A stretch of 64,000 bases of DNA, taken from NCBI RefSeq assembly GCF_964355755.1, contig NC_092671.1, positions 38,574,304 to 38,638,303 on the forward strand, written 5' to 3'. The stretch is from Antedon mediterranea. Its lineage: Eukaryota; Animalia; Echinodermata. A program made the position numbers and the translations under genes. The notes beneath the pieces are model-generated. The model saw nothing but the letters and a program-made list of their open reading frames with translations, was not told the DNA's origin and did no database searches. Shown in pieces: positions 1 through 23,300 of the stretch. The first letter of the stretch is position 1. The number at the start of each line of letters is the position of its first letter.

Positions 1-2
1 AT

Positions 3-5481
<5,479 letters not shown>

Positions 5482-6334
5482 AACGATCAATTTCTGTACG
5501 CGCAAACATTGGCGTTTGCTATTAAAAAATCTAATATAAAATTTAGATTTCTAAACTTTGTTTTCCACCGTTTAATCAGTAGAGAATAAATGTACTAACG
5601 CAATAGTTTGGTTGTAATACAGTATACACAAATAAATATATTTTATGTACAAAATGAGCAGGTATTTGTCTCTTACAAAATATTAAACAATATACGGTAC
5701 AACATACTGCTAGCCTATCTGTATTTGTTAAATCTGAATAAACAGAATAGTAAAAAAATAGTTTAAGATACTATGATATGCCCATATATGGACATGATGA
5801 TGTCATATCACTACCATATTTGGGCACATCACACTTTTTTTTTTATCAAACTAGTGTAGACAGAGCTTCAGATAATGTCTTTGAAGCGAATATGAATTGA
5901 AAAGAAGTGTAGACGTGTTTCTAGTATGGGTACAAATTTTATAAAGCAAAATATGAATGTATGCCTATTGTTATTTCTTCAAACGTAGGCCCTACATAAA
6001 ATATCTGGCTAATTAATATTCTAGAAAATATCTATATAAAGCCTATAAAAATAGTATATAAAGTATATAACACCCATCTACATTGGGACTACTTATACCA
6101 TAATCTGGCATGACCTCAAATGGGTACAATGGTTAATTGCACGACCCAAAATTAAATGATAACCCAGTCGTCATTAGTGCATGGTACTCTTCAGACTTGT
6201 AGACAAATTAATGTTATCGGTACTAGGTAAGCTAAATTGTAAGCACTCTCTGATTATTATCATTCAGAAGCTTAGAGAGAGAGCGTATGGTCTGATCTTT
6301 TATTCAAGCTACTTCACAAAAGATATCCAAAAAT

Positions 6335-9300
6335 ATGAATTATTGGACTGTTTTCACTATTGTTGCCAGTTTTCTTACTTTAGTAACGTCAAAAACGATC
6401 TTAACAAATTTAGGTTATGTCAACGGAACAAATATACTGTTTGAGGAAAGTAAATACATTAATAAGAATGTAAGTATTGATGTGTACCGAGGGATTCCAT
6501 TTGCCGAACCACCTCTAGAAGAACTCAGATTCAAGAGGCCTGTCGAAAAACAGCCATGGCAACCACAAGTATGGGACGCTACATACAACAGAAACGTTTG
6601 CGAACAAACGAATCCTAATATTGTATCAGCGGACACAACAGAAGATTGTTTATATTTAAATATATTCGTTCCATATCTTGAGACTGTTCCTGTAAGTATG
6701 TCAACGTTTGTTGTATGCATGGTAAAAAATAAATGATTGTAACACCGAGTCCGAGGTGGTCATCAAAATATTAGAAATTTCAGCACCATACTAAGTTTTT
6801 CTTTAATCCAATCGGTTGCTGCTATGTTGTCCACACTTTCAAACTAGTTTGAAAAAAATGCATGATATGTTCCTAAATATGATAGTGATATGCTTAAATA
6901 TGGCAGTGTTATGACATCATCAAGTCCATATGTGCACATCACATTTTTGTTTGTCATATAAAATTTGATAGTGTAGACAGGAGTTTAGAAACATCACACG
7001 AGATGTGCTAACTTTACATTAGTCGTATGTGGCAGAAGGCACATTCACCTTATATCTATAAAATTGCTGATTCGATTTTTCAGGTTGGAGGAACTGCAGT
7101 AATGGTGTGGTTTTATGGTGGAGCTTTTGTGTTAGGAGGTGGATCGGAACCAGAATACGACCCCAAAGCGTTAGTAGCCGTTGGTGACGTCATCGTAGTT
7201 ACAGTGAACTACCGTTTGGGAATCTATGGTTTTCTAACAACTGGTATAATTATAAACAAAATTCTTTTTTTAAATAACAATTTAATTGTAAAATACATAA
7301 TTATATAATTTCCAAGAGAGATGACAATTTGTATTCTCATTTATAAGATGACGATGTAGCACCTGGGAATTATGGGATGCTTGATCAAGTTATGGCGTTG
7401 AAATGGATTCAAGATAACATTGCAGGTAATACGTTTATTCAATCGTTTACCATTTAAAGATGTATTATTCCCCCAAAACAAAAATGAAGATTAATAAAAT
7501 CAGACTTTGAATATGTTATTTTGTGTTTTAATAGACTTAATCACTTCCATAGGAAAAAAACGAAAACAAATAATGTATTCACTTGTAAAAGGACAAAATA
7601 AATGGTTAAATTCAATTAAAAATACATTGGCTGGCAGCCAATTTGACATGGGAAAGTCTCCCTTTAAATGTCCTCTGAATAGGGGTCGTCCCAAAGTAGG
7701 GGCTCTCTGTATTTACAACACACTTATTTTACAGAATTCAATGGTGACCCAGACCGTATAACAATTTTTGGTCAAAGTGCGGGAGCAGCGAGTGTCCATT
7801 TTCATATTTTGTCACCCTTGAGTAAAGGGTTGTTTAAACGAGGTCTTATGCAAGTATGTAGACAAATACGTATGTTATTTGGTTTTACTATCAACAGAAA
7901 ACAATCGAGAAAACTCACATTAACTGTCATATAGCCATAGGCCTATAGACTTAATATACAAAATGACGTAGAATATAATTTAGGCCTATCGTGTATATTA
8001 TAATGCATATTATCATTACAAGGTAATGTAAAACTTCAACTATCCAAATAACACTGATAGTCCGAATTGATGACAGAATGGTAGGCTAGGCCTCTTCAAA
8101 GGCTGACGAAAGAATGATGTGATGTGGGCCTAGGGTTAGGCCTATATTCTAAGCGCGAGAGCTTATGCGGAATATTCAAGCCACTGAGGCTGATCCTAGC
8201 GTATAAGCCTAGGCCTATACCGTAGATGTAGGCTAGCTACTTTACTTAGCCTGAGTTTAGATTGATGAAAACATTAACTTAAACTGAAACTAAACAGTTT
8301 AAACTATCGTAACATAACAGAAAACTAATGTATTGATGCTTATACGTACAGTTTGAGTTTTGACATTTCCATTTTATTGCGTTGTAATCGCCGCCGCCAC
8401 CGTGGATGATTCGATGGTTGTATCAAACTCATCGAGTAATCAATTCACGCGCCGAATTATAACGATGTTTCTGATTGGTCAGTAGTTCAATTTAGTTGTC
8501 TGCCCTCATTACGAAACACAAACTTTAAGAATATAATTACGCATGCGCATATGCCTGCAGATATAAGTTGCCGGCTATATTAAATACAAATGCTTATTTT
8601 TTTATATTGCATTTACACAGAGTGGTACAGCAATAGCTGGTTGGTCTGTCGAGTTGGATAAAAGTAAGAGTGTTGCTAATGGAAGATATGTTGGTAGAGC
8701 CGTAAACTGTACAAATAAAACATCTGCTGACTTTGTAGAATGTCTTCAGTCAAGACCAACCAGAGAAATCACTGCTGCACAACGCCAGGTAAAGTCATGA
8801 AAACATGGTGTAAAATTATTTATTTATTTAAAATTAATATAAGTTTACATGAGTATATAATAGGCTAATAATAAATACAATTTTTAGTTGGTTTTAGGTA
8901 TCTCAAACACGTTTCCATTCGTACCAGTAGTGGATAACTTCTTTCTACCTGGTGCTCCAGCAACTCTAATTGCCAAGACGGAATACCAGTCGACTGACAT
9001 CCTCATAGGTTCAAACCATGACGACGGTTCACTATGGGCTCTCAAAGAAAACATTGATTACGTCACTAGGAATGACCCTCCTGAAATGCCCCTGGACGTT
9101 TTTCGATCTACCTTTCCAGATTATGTTTATAATTACAATGACCCGTATGTATTAAATGCAGTTGAATATCAGTATCTGGACTGGACAACCGCAGACGATC
9201 CTACAGTCAGTCAACTGGAAGGCTTTGTTCAGATGACGACTGATCAAGATTTCGCGTGTCCGGCGATAGAAGTCGCTAGAGCGCATGCGCAGCGGGGAGA

Positions 9301-10405
9301 TCGGGTATTTCTATACGAAATGACACATATACCGTCTATGTCAGTCTATACTATAAATAAAAGAAGAGGTCCGAAGTGGCTTGGTGCCACACATTGTGAG
9401 GAACTTCAATATGTGTTTGGTTGGAATTTTAATCCAGCACTTGAACGACGTTACCATCAGACAGATGAGGAAATAGAAATGTCAGTTCAGTTCATGCGTT
9501 ATTGGACAAACTTTGCTAAATATGGGTAAGATTCAAATATTTATATTTACTCGACCATCATTTTCAAAATTGTCATTTTTTTTGTTACAATATTTAATGA
9601 GGGTGATCCATCCAGCAATTACTGATCATTACAAATATATACACAAGATGCTCTATATAAACAATAATAAGTCTTATTTGAGTTTGAGCTATACAGTCTT
9701 GTTTTTTTTCAGAGACCCGAATGGTTTAGCGAATGCAACTTCAGCGTACCCCGAATGGCCTTTATTTACAATTCCTAACTTAAAATACAAGCAACTGGCT
9801 CTTGAAATGGACAATAATCGGGCCATGAGAGCAACTGATTGCAGCTTTTGGAGGAATAATTCCCCACGACTGGACACTTATTTCGGTAGATTATATACAC
9901 AGCAATTTGGTGGGGGGGGGGGGGGGGTGTAGGAGGTTGTTTAGGGGATGTGGAAGGTTGATGACGGGTTGCGGTAGGTTGGACGTGACGGGGTGGAAGG
10001 TTGGTGACGAGATGTAGGTTGGTGATGGGATGTAATAGGTTCGTGATGGGATGTAGTAAGTTGGTGACGGGATGCGGTAGGTTGGTGACGGGATGCGGAA
10101 GGGTTGTGACGGGATGCCATAGGTTTGTAACGGGATGTAGTACCGTAGGTTGGAGACGTAAATGTAGTATTTTGGTGACGGGATGTGGAAGGTTTATGAC
10201 GGAATGTTGAAAACTAGTGTCTTTCCCAAAACATATACCAACACAATTATAATACTTCTAACAGTTCTTTTTGTTTTCATTATTAGCGGAAATTGATAAA
10301 CTGCAAAAGGATTGGATTGAATCATACAACCAATGGAAATATGAAGACATAGCTGATTGGCAGACAGAGTTTGAAAGTAGCAAGCGAAATAATGGGCACT
10401 GTTAA
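6335..10405 (+). CDS. Type-B carboxylesterase/cholinesterase-like gene 2; exons ~6335-6691, 7084-7243, 7348-7425, 7735-7853, 8621-8788, 8888-9525, 9713-9885, 10287-10405
   Basis: Signal-peptide-like N-terminus; [32 protein letters not shown]; same 8-exon structure and phases as genes 1 and 3. Confidence 0.93.
9940..10208. repeat. ~21-bp G-rich minisatellite (GGTGACGGGATGTGGAAGGTT-like) in intron 7 of esterase 2
   Basis: About a dozen degenerate copies visible, preceded by a poly-G run. Confidence 0.85.
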
Positions 10406-10704
10406 TATTAATCGAAGATTGATATTTTGGTACTATCATTCAGTTTAGTTTTATTTTTCAACACAAAACATTTACAGAGGAGAAGTTGTTGTGCTTTTCT
10501 GCGGCATTTCAGAAAGAAATAAGAAATCGTCATCACATTTAGGTGAAATGCTATCCTGAGATGAGATTGCGTTGTCTTGTAGTAATTAGGCAGTACAGTA
10601 TATTTCTGTTAATTTATACATATGTTACTTTCAGTAAACCAGAGATTCCGAATGAAAGATTATTACTTCCGTCTTTTTGACTTCTTCGTTTCTGTTCATG
10701 TAAT

Positions 10705-11556
10705 TTATTTTTGGATGATCTTGAACGCTAATCTTTTAAAGGCTTTGCGAAAAGTTGAATGTATTATTCCGTAAATAACTGGGTTCGTTGCTGCATTCAA
10801 ATAAAACAAAAGTATCGTTAAGTAATACATAGTTGTACAACGATGTTCTTTGTAAGTTTTAACATGTAAAGCATAGAATATTCCTACTGGTAAAATGCAA
10901 ATTGTAAAGGACACAAGAATTATAGCAGTCATCCGCGTAGCTTTACTGTTGTGACTTTTGACCGCTCGAACTGACGCAATTCGACGTTCTGATCTTCTAG
11001 CTTCAAGAAATATACGAACATGGCAGATGAGCAGTATTGTGTAAATGGTTAATATACCAATTGTAGTAGCCAACAACCTTTCACTTTCATATGCATACAA
11101 AGAAATGTACATAAGTGTACAAGAAATTACAATTGACACTGTCCAAAAACAAATTAATGAGATTCTAACAAAATTACTATCCATTTTTCTAGCGTAGTGA
11201 AATGGATAGAATATAGCAAAGTACCTTTCACTAGCCAATGCAATATGATGATACAGAGTAAATGAATTTTGTATAAAAACAGTACGGTATGTTAACATTC
11301 CAATTCTTGAATCTAAATCAAATATCTGACCAGTTGTCACCCAAACATACGACACCCATATTGCAGTAACAGCTGTCGAAATATCAACTAATGACAAACT
11401 CGTAAGGAAAAGGTAACATGGCTTCTGAAGTTCAGTTGTTGAATATACGGCATATACAACAGCTACATTTCCTATTAAAGTAAATACTGTAATAGTATTC
11501 TGTATCACGTAGAAAAATACGGAAAATTCACAAAGAACATGTGTTTCGTTACTCAT
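10705..11556 (-). CDS. Intronless rhodopsin-family (class A) GPCR, copy 1
   Basis: 283 aa with 7 hydrophobic segments; TM1 GN, TM2 LSLVD, TM3 SERY, TM6 CILP, TM7 NPVIY, helix-8 FRKAF. Confidence 0.92.
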   Translation of the reverse strand: MSNETHVLCEFSVFFYVIQNTITVFTLIGNVAVVYAVYSTTELQKPCYLFLTSLSLVDISTAVTAIWVSYVWVTTGQIFDLDSRIGMLTYRTVFIQNSFTLYHHIALASERYFAIFYPFHYARKMDSNFVRISLICFWTVSIVISCTLMYISLYAYESERLLATTIGILTIYTILLICHVRIFLEARRSERRIASVRAVKSHNSKATRMTAIILVSFTICILPVGIFYALHVKTYKEHRCTTMYYLTILLFYLNAATNPVIYGIIHSTFRKAFKRLAFKIIQK

Positions 11557-11577
11557 TTTCTGTATTATAAGCAGTCA

Positions 11578-11660
11578 GTCCTACCAGAGAAGAACAAGTT
11601 TTCACCAGAGAAGAGCAAGTTTTCACCAGAGGAGAACAAGTTTTCACCAGAAAAAACAGT
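11578..11660. repeat. 21-bp minisatellite (CACCAGAGAAGAACAAGTTTT) just upstream of the GPCR1 ATG
   Basis: ~4 tandem copies. Confidence 0.85.
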
Positions 11661-12375
11661 TTCAACATTCAGTTTCTATTGGTCACGTTGACCATCACTT
11701 TTGCAGTTTCGTCGGTAACTCTCGAAAAACGTTTTATGTATGTCTTCCACCTCTGATTCAAAATGAGCAGCCTTTGTTTATCAAATCAAATAGTACATGT
11801 TGTAGTGTCTGATTTGTCGGTCGGTAAACTCTGCAAACGATTAGCTGACAAACAAGCATTAAATCTATATAATGATAGTATGAAAACAGTGGGACTGTTT
11901 CTTTAATTTCATTTGATTAAAACGTCTCATAACTACTTAGAGGTAGTAACACCTGACACGATTGAACCGAATGTGACTCGGAAGAATGAATCCATCGATG
12001 AGCACATGGAGTGCTTTATTACTTTTGTTTGTTTTTAAATGATCGACAGTATGTTACTCTGAAGAAGATCTTTAATTAGTTCAGCTATGAGTTCAAGAGG
12101 AACACAAGTGATTTAATAATAATTTAAATTAGATTTTACAACAGGCAAAACTAGTGGGAAACTCGAAAGTATATAAACGTCTATGAAGGTAAACTCGATA
12201 TAAGTCAAGCCCTAAAATAAAAATAGATGGGGTATAATTCTATCTGAACAAATACGGTAGTCATTAGCTATCTGTTCAGATAGTATATTAGTATTGTTAT
12301 TGGGTAAAACTATTATTATTAGGGTCATTGTACAAATTGCTGTTAAATGTGATAACATACATAAACTGAAAAACA

Positions 12376-12525
12376 ATGAATGTCAATTGTGTGTTTTGAT
12401 TCTCATTTCTACAATTCTAACAACAGTGACGTCAAAACCTGTTATCACAAACTCAGGAAGAATCACTGGGACTAGTATTTAAGTATAATATTCGAAAAGA
12501 ATACATATTAAGAAGAGTGTAATAT
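12376..12525 (+). pseudogene. Truncated relic of carboxylesterase exon 1, near-identical to the start of esterase 3
   Basis: ATGAATGTCAATTGTGTGTTTTGATTCTCATTTC...TCAGGAAGAATCACTGG aligns with 14745-14890 but has indels/a stop and ends abruptly. Confidence 0.85.
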
Positions 12526-12755
12526 ATCAATCTTTAGTTTAATTTTTCTACACAAAAACATGTTCAGTGGAGGGGCCAAGATCTACTTGAGCGTCTGGGT
12601 ATTGCGTCTGTGTCCGTTATAGGCCTGTAATCAGTACGGTACTGTCTGTAATTCAGATCAACGGAAGTTTTTTCTCACTTATAGGGCCTGTATAAATCAT
12701 CATCAATAAGCCACATTTTTGCTGCCGTCTTTTTAACTTCTTCGTTTCTGTTACT

Positions 12756-13607
12756 TTATTTTTTGATTATCTTGTACGCCAATCGTTTAAAGGCTTTACG
12801 AAAAGTTGAATGTATTATTCCGTAAATAACTGGGTTTGTTGCTGAGTTCAAATAAAACAAAAGTGTCGTTAAGTAATACATAGTTGTACAACGATGTTCT
12901 TTGTAAGTTTTAAGATGTAAAGAATAGAATATTCCTACTGGTAAAATGCAAATTGAAAAGGACACAAGAATTATAGCAGTCATCCGCGTAGCTTTACTGT
13001 TGTGACCTTTGACCCCTGCAACTGACGCAATTCGACGTTCTGATCTTCTAGCTTCAAGACATATACGAACATGGCAGATGATCACTATTGTATATATGGT
13101 TATTATAACAATTGTAATAACCAACAAATAATCACTTGCATATGCATATAAAGAAATGTACATAAGTGTACAAGAAATTACAATTGACACCGTCCAAAAA
13201 CAAACGAATGACATTCTAACAAAGTTCCTATCAACTTTTCTTGCGTAGTGAAATGGATAGAATATAGCAAAGTACCTTTCACTAGCCAATGCAATGTGAT
13301 GAAACATAGTAAATGAATACGGAATCAAAACAGTATAGTATGTTAACGTTCCACTTCGTGAATTCAAATCAAATATCTGACCAGTTGTCACCCAAACATA
13401 CGACACCCATATTGCAGTAAAAGCTGTCGAAATATCAACTAATGATAAACTGGCAAGGAAAAGGTAACATGGCTTCTGAAGTTCAGTTGTTGAATATACG
13501 GCATATACAACAGCTACATTTCCTATTAAAGTAAATACTGTAATAGTATTCTGTATCACGTAGAAAAATACGGAAAATTCACAAAGAATATGTGTTTCGT
13601 TGCTCAT
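12756..13607 (-). CDS. Intronless rhodopsin-family GPCR, copy 2 (recent duplicate of copy 1)
   Basis: 283 aa, colinear with and highly similar to 10705-11556; same class A motifs. Confidence 0.92.
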   Translation of the reverse strand: MSNETHILCEFSVFFYVIQNTITVFTLIGNVAVVYAVYSTTELQKPCYLFLASLSLVDISTAFTAIWVSYVWVTTGQIFDLNSRSGTLTYYTVLIPYSFTMFHHIALASERYFAIFYPFHYARKVDRNFVRMSFVCFWTVSIVISCTLMYISLYAYASDYLLVITIVIITIYTIVIICHVRICLEARRSERRIASVAGVKGHNSKATRMTAIILVSFSICILPVGIFYSLHLKTYKEHRCTTMYYLTTLLFYLNSATNPVIYGIIHSTFRKAFKRLAYKIIKK

Positions 13608-13628
13608 TTCTCTGTATTTAAGCGGTCA

Positions 13629-13842
13629 GTCCTACCAGAAAAGAACAAGTCCTCACCAGAGAAGAACAAGTTTTCACCAGAAAAGAAAAAGTTTTCACCG
13701 GAGAATATCAAGGTTTTACCAGTTCTGCACCAGAAAAGAACAAGTTTCACCAAAGAAGAACAAGTTTTTACCAGAGAATATCAAGTTTTCACCAGACAAC
13801 AAGAACAAGTTTCCACTAGAGAAGAACAAGTTTCACCAGTAT
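13629..13842. repeat. Expanded 21-bp minisatellite upstream of the GPCR2 ATG
   Basis: ~9-10 degenerate CACCAGAGAAGAACAAGTTTT units. Confidence 0.85.
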
Positions 13843-14744
13843 TCGCCACAATTTCGTTTGGAAAAGTCAGTACCAACATCCACTTTCGATTGGTCAATTT
13901 TCTTTGGCCACTGCTTTTGCAGTTTTTAGGTAACTCTTGACAAACGTTTGTATTTCGTTCACACACCGTGTCACGCAGTTAGCAGCTTTATGTCAAATCA
14001 AGTATTGAAGACAAGTTGTAGTTTCTGATCTGATGTCGGTAACTCTGAAGCTGTGGCTTTATTAGGTGACAGACCAGCATTAAAACTAATAAGTATAGTG
14101 TGAAATATGATACAACAGTGGGATTTTTTCTTTAATATCTTTTCATTAATACATCTTACATAATTACTTAAAGATGATTAAAAGTGACGCGAATGAACCG
14201 AATGTGAGGGATGAGTATCGATCGATGATGAGCATCTATATCTTTATTACTTTTTTGCTGTCATATTATGATGATCGATCATATCAAATATGCTATCGAT
14301 CATTTAAATATTACTCTGACCAAGATTTTAAAAATTATTTCAGCCATGAATTTAGAGGAACGCAATAATGTTTGTTTATGTAAATTAAGAACTGACAATG
14401 AGATTTTACAAAATTCAGAAAGTTGAGTAAAGCCAAACTAGTAGGAAACTCTAAAGTAACACGATGAATTGTGAGTGGTATATCGACTATTATTAGATTA
14501 TGTGACGTAGTTATAACGGTACTAATTGTAGAAACGTGATACTTAAAGTCTACAAAATATAAATAGATGTATATAATGCTATCTGAACTAGATAGTCATT
14601 AACTATCTGTTCAGATAGTTTTAGTAAATGTCATTGGGTAGAACTGTAAAAACATTATCATCAGGATCATTGTACAAATTTCTGTTGTATGTGATCGATA
14701 ACATACATAAACTGAAAAACAAAATCAAATACAAAGTAATTACA

Positions 14745-19908
<5,164 letters not shown>

Positions 19909-20395
19909 TAACTTATCAGAGCAGCAATTGGAATGTTTTAGATCAAAAGTTGCAGTCTTATATCTTAATTTCATAACTTGAAGGAAACTATATAAACAAT
20001 CGGAAAAAAACGATAAATAAAATAAAAATATGGTTTATATTGTTCAATTTACACACTCAATATTGTTCAATATTGTCTATTCAGCTCTGTCTACACTATC
20101 AGTTTGACAAATAAAGTGTGATGTGCCAAAATATGGTAGTGTTATGCCCAAATATGGTAGTGATATGACATCATCATGTCCATTATATAGGCGAATCATA
20201 ATTGTGGTCACATAAAGTTTGATAGTGACACAGCTTTGAAAACGTTTCTTCCCAGATACGTTCTAAACAGCGATTCGTAAAAAGTGCAGTTGAAGCCTTC
20301 GTCGTCACAAGAATTTAAATACACAACATCCAACAGTTAGGCTCAATCTTAACAGCACACAAAAATACAAAATTTAATTACAAAAAAAACCCGCA

Positions 20396-20869
20396 TCATT
20401 CAAAGTAAAGGCCATAAATCTCGACAGCAGCAAAGAGCGAGCCATTACAAAACTCAAGATTAATAAAGTTGTCAGTGTTTTCATCCCAAAGACATCGACT
20501 GCCAATCCTAACCCCTGCTTTCTGAACGGTGCTACCAATATTCACAACAACTACGAACTTGTAACGTGGCATTGTCATCAATTTCAGTCGTTCCATAATC
20601 TTCGCTGATAAGTCCTTACAAAGTTGTTTACATCTGTCAGGGTCGTAAACTTCATCTTTCAGGTAATCTTTGATAATACCTTCAACGTGATGCTGTACTT
20701 CAATCGGACGGAATTTTCTGAGAGGTTCCATGCGATAGGACCGAACATATTTATACAAATATTCTGTGCTGGCAAGGGACGTCTTTTTGGACAGTGCACT
20801 ACCACCGGGGGTTGCGACCTCCATCTCTTCTCCCAATGACGTCAGAAAGCTCTTTCTGAACGTATTCAT
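20396..20869 (-). CDS. Tctex-1 domain dynein light chain (TCTEX1D-like), intronless
   Basis: Y..EP...F; L....YDP..C..L...LS..I; PRYKFVV; GVRIGSRCLWDENTD; C-terminal YGLYFE. Confidence 0.9.
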   Translation of the reverse strand: MNTFRKSFLTSLGEEMEVATPGGSALSKKTSLASTEYLYKYVRSYRMEPLRKFRPIEVQHHVEGIIKDYLKDEVYDPDRCKQLCKDLSAKIMERLKLMTMPRYKFVVVVNIGSTVQKAGVRIGSRCLWDENTDNFINLEFCNGSLFAAVEIYGLYFE

Positions 20870-21482
20870 ATCGTCAAATCATAGATGATGTAACTTTTAT
20901 CTCGAACTTTTTATAAATTTCCTTTAAAATTTATAATTGAAGTCTGTTAAATGTTTCTCAACCCGATTTTCTACAAAAGTTTAAAATAAAATCCACTTTG
21001 TATGACATAAAGGAACAGTTTCAACTAAAATAAATGTCTAAATGCTCAAACATTATTATACGAACGTGTTTGATAATTACATTAAATACAATCAAAAAAT
21101 CGATTAAATGTCAAACTTCACGAGAATTATTGCCTAAAGAAAGCCGGCTACCGAAAAACCAAAATATTGATATGAAGCGAATTGACGGGTTGGTTGTAAT
21201 TTAACAACAGTAGCGAATAAACACAGTAAATGTAAATTTGAAAATGGATTATAACTTGATTGTTAAACCTAGGCAAACTAAGCATTGTCTTGGTTATAGC
21301 ATGTATGACTGAGTACAGAACATCAATGTTGTAGACACATTAAACATTGAAGATAGTTCACGAACAGTCAAAACACTAATAATAGTAACATTATCACCTC
21401 AAGTTTGTCTTCTTCGTGTTTGCGAAAAACAAAGTAAATAATCGTTTAGATTCGAAAGTGGAAAACAGTTTTATTACATAAT

Positions 21483-21616
21483 GCCTTGGGTGTATCTGAC
21501 GTGACAAGAGTGTCAATATAGCGACAGTGCCTTGGGTGTATCTGACGTGACAGAGTGTCAATATAGTGACAGTGCCTTGGGTGTATCTGACGTGACAGAG
21601 TGTCAATATAGTGACA
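21483..21616. repeat. ~45-bp tandem repeat x3
   Basis: GTGCCTTGGGTGTATCTGACGTGACAGAGTGTCAATATAGTGACA units. Confidence 0.9.
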
Positions 21617-22317
21617 GACGAATAACCCCGTGGTATTGGTCACCTCGATTCATTTGTGCACAAATACAGACCTATATATCGATCATTATCATTAAACCTA
21701 CAATAGTCAATCACAATGTTATTAGTCTGTCCATGGTTTAACACACGCGATGCGTTCAATTTGTAATCCACTTGTATATGAATATTATATCGACATAGTG
21801 ACCATTATATGTCGTCATGGCGAGTTACATTATCTTACCAATTTGACTTCACAAAAATTGCATGTCGACATGACGAGATAGTTTATCTTGCCAAGTTGAC
21901 TTCCTAATACATGTCGACATTTCGAGATAAATTATCCTGAAAAGTCACGAAGTGGAAGTCACTTAGACGCTTTCGTACAAGCTATTGTGTTAAACAGACA
22001 CTAAGCAAAAGATAATGCTTTTAAAACAGTGATTTTTATTCGGCATTTATGATTTTAATAACACTATTATATATCCTATTCACCAACTTTAGGTGCATGA
22101 TAGCAGAAAGTTTAATTCAACAAAATGTCACTTTCCATTTTACAAACCAAACAACTAAATATAAATGTTTGCAAACATATCATAAATATGTTACAAATAT
22201 ATAAAACTAATAATATTATTAAATATATATAATATATATATTGCATAGTAATTAATTAATTACAATTAATCTGTAGGTGCTCAAGGCTTTACAAGCATTT
22301 TAACGAACAAAACGTAA

Positions 22318-22463
22318 AGCTTAGTTCCCACTAGCGACGTAACGCAACGTAAGTGATTTGACCAATCACAAGCGATGGATTATTCGAATAGTGGCTTGTC
22401 ATTGGTCAACTCGCTTGCGTTGAGCGTGCGTCCTCGCGTTGCGCCCCTAGTGGGAACCACGCG
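22318..22463. mobile_element. Harbinger-like MITE family B (other copies 23934-~24066 truncated, 30198-30376, 51095-51289)
   Basis: TIRs AGC(T/G)T(G/A)GTTCCCACTAG...CTAGTGGGAACCA(C/T)GC; TAA on both sides of this copy; shared internal palindromic ACGCAA/CCAATC motifs. Confidence 0.85.
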
Positions 22464-22641
22464 TAAATCACTGGCCAATCACTTTACTGATGTAAATAAG
22501 GCACAATATGAATTTCCTATTGATACATTCGTATGTACATGATAAATAGGAAATTGTAAATTAAACAAATTATGAAGTGCATTCACATATAAGAAGCACT
22601 CGGGTAAAATTCGGAAGCATGATAGTATTGGTATGATGCAA

Positions 22642-23300
22642 AAGCATGTTCACACTGGTAAAATCTGGAATGGAACTTCCATCTATAGTAAAGTGTGTTT
22701 ACATTGCTATTGTAAGGAAGCATGTTCACACTGGACCAGGTCCAATCTATAGTGAAGTGTGTTCACATTGCTATTGTGAGGAAGCATGTTCACACTGGTC
22801 AAATCTATAGTGAAGTGTGTTCACATTGATATTGTGAGGAAGCATGTTCACACTGGTCAAATCTATAGTGAAGTGTGTTCACATTGCTATTGTGAAGAAG
22901 CATGTTCACACTGGTAAAATCTATAGTGAAGTGTGTTAACATTGATATTGTGCGGAATCATGTTCACACTCGTCAAATCTATAGTGAAGTGTGTTCACAT
23001 TGATATTGTGAGGAATCATGTTCACACTCGTCAAATCTATAGTGAAGTGTGTTCACATTGATATTGTGAGGAATCATGTTCACACTCGTCAAATCTATAG
23101 TGAAGAGTGTTCACATTGATATTGTGAGGAATCATGTTCACACTGGTCAAATCTATAGTGAAGAGTGTTCACATTGATATTGTGAGGAATCATGTTCACA
23201 CTGGTCAAATCTATAGTGAAGTGTGTTCAAATTGATATTGTGAGGAAGCATGTTCACACTCGTCAAATCTATTCACATTGCTATGATTATGTTCACACAC
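22642..23300. repeat. 58-bp tandem repeat array (~10 copies)
   Basis: GAAGCATGTTCACACTGGTCAAATCTATAGTGAAGTGTGTTCACATTGATATTGTGAG unit with an internal TGTTCACA duplication. Confidence 0.93.

Noticed and set aside
9910-9930. Poly-G runs (also ~25135, 42071, 44175) as G-quadruplex elements
   Set aside because: Simple homopolymers; no evidence of function from sequence
13590-13966. Overlapping ORFs of 61-116 aa
   Set aside because: By-products of the 21-bp minisatellite
22642-23300. CRISPR-like array
   Set aside because: Units are contiguous near-identical repeats with no unique spacers; eukaryotic context and no cas genes
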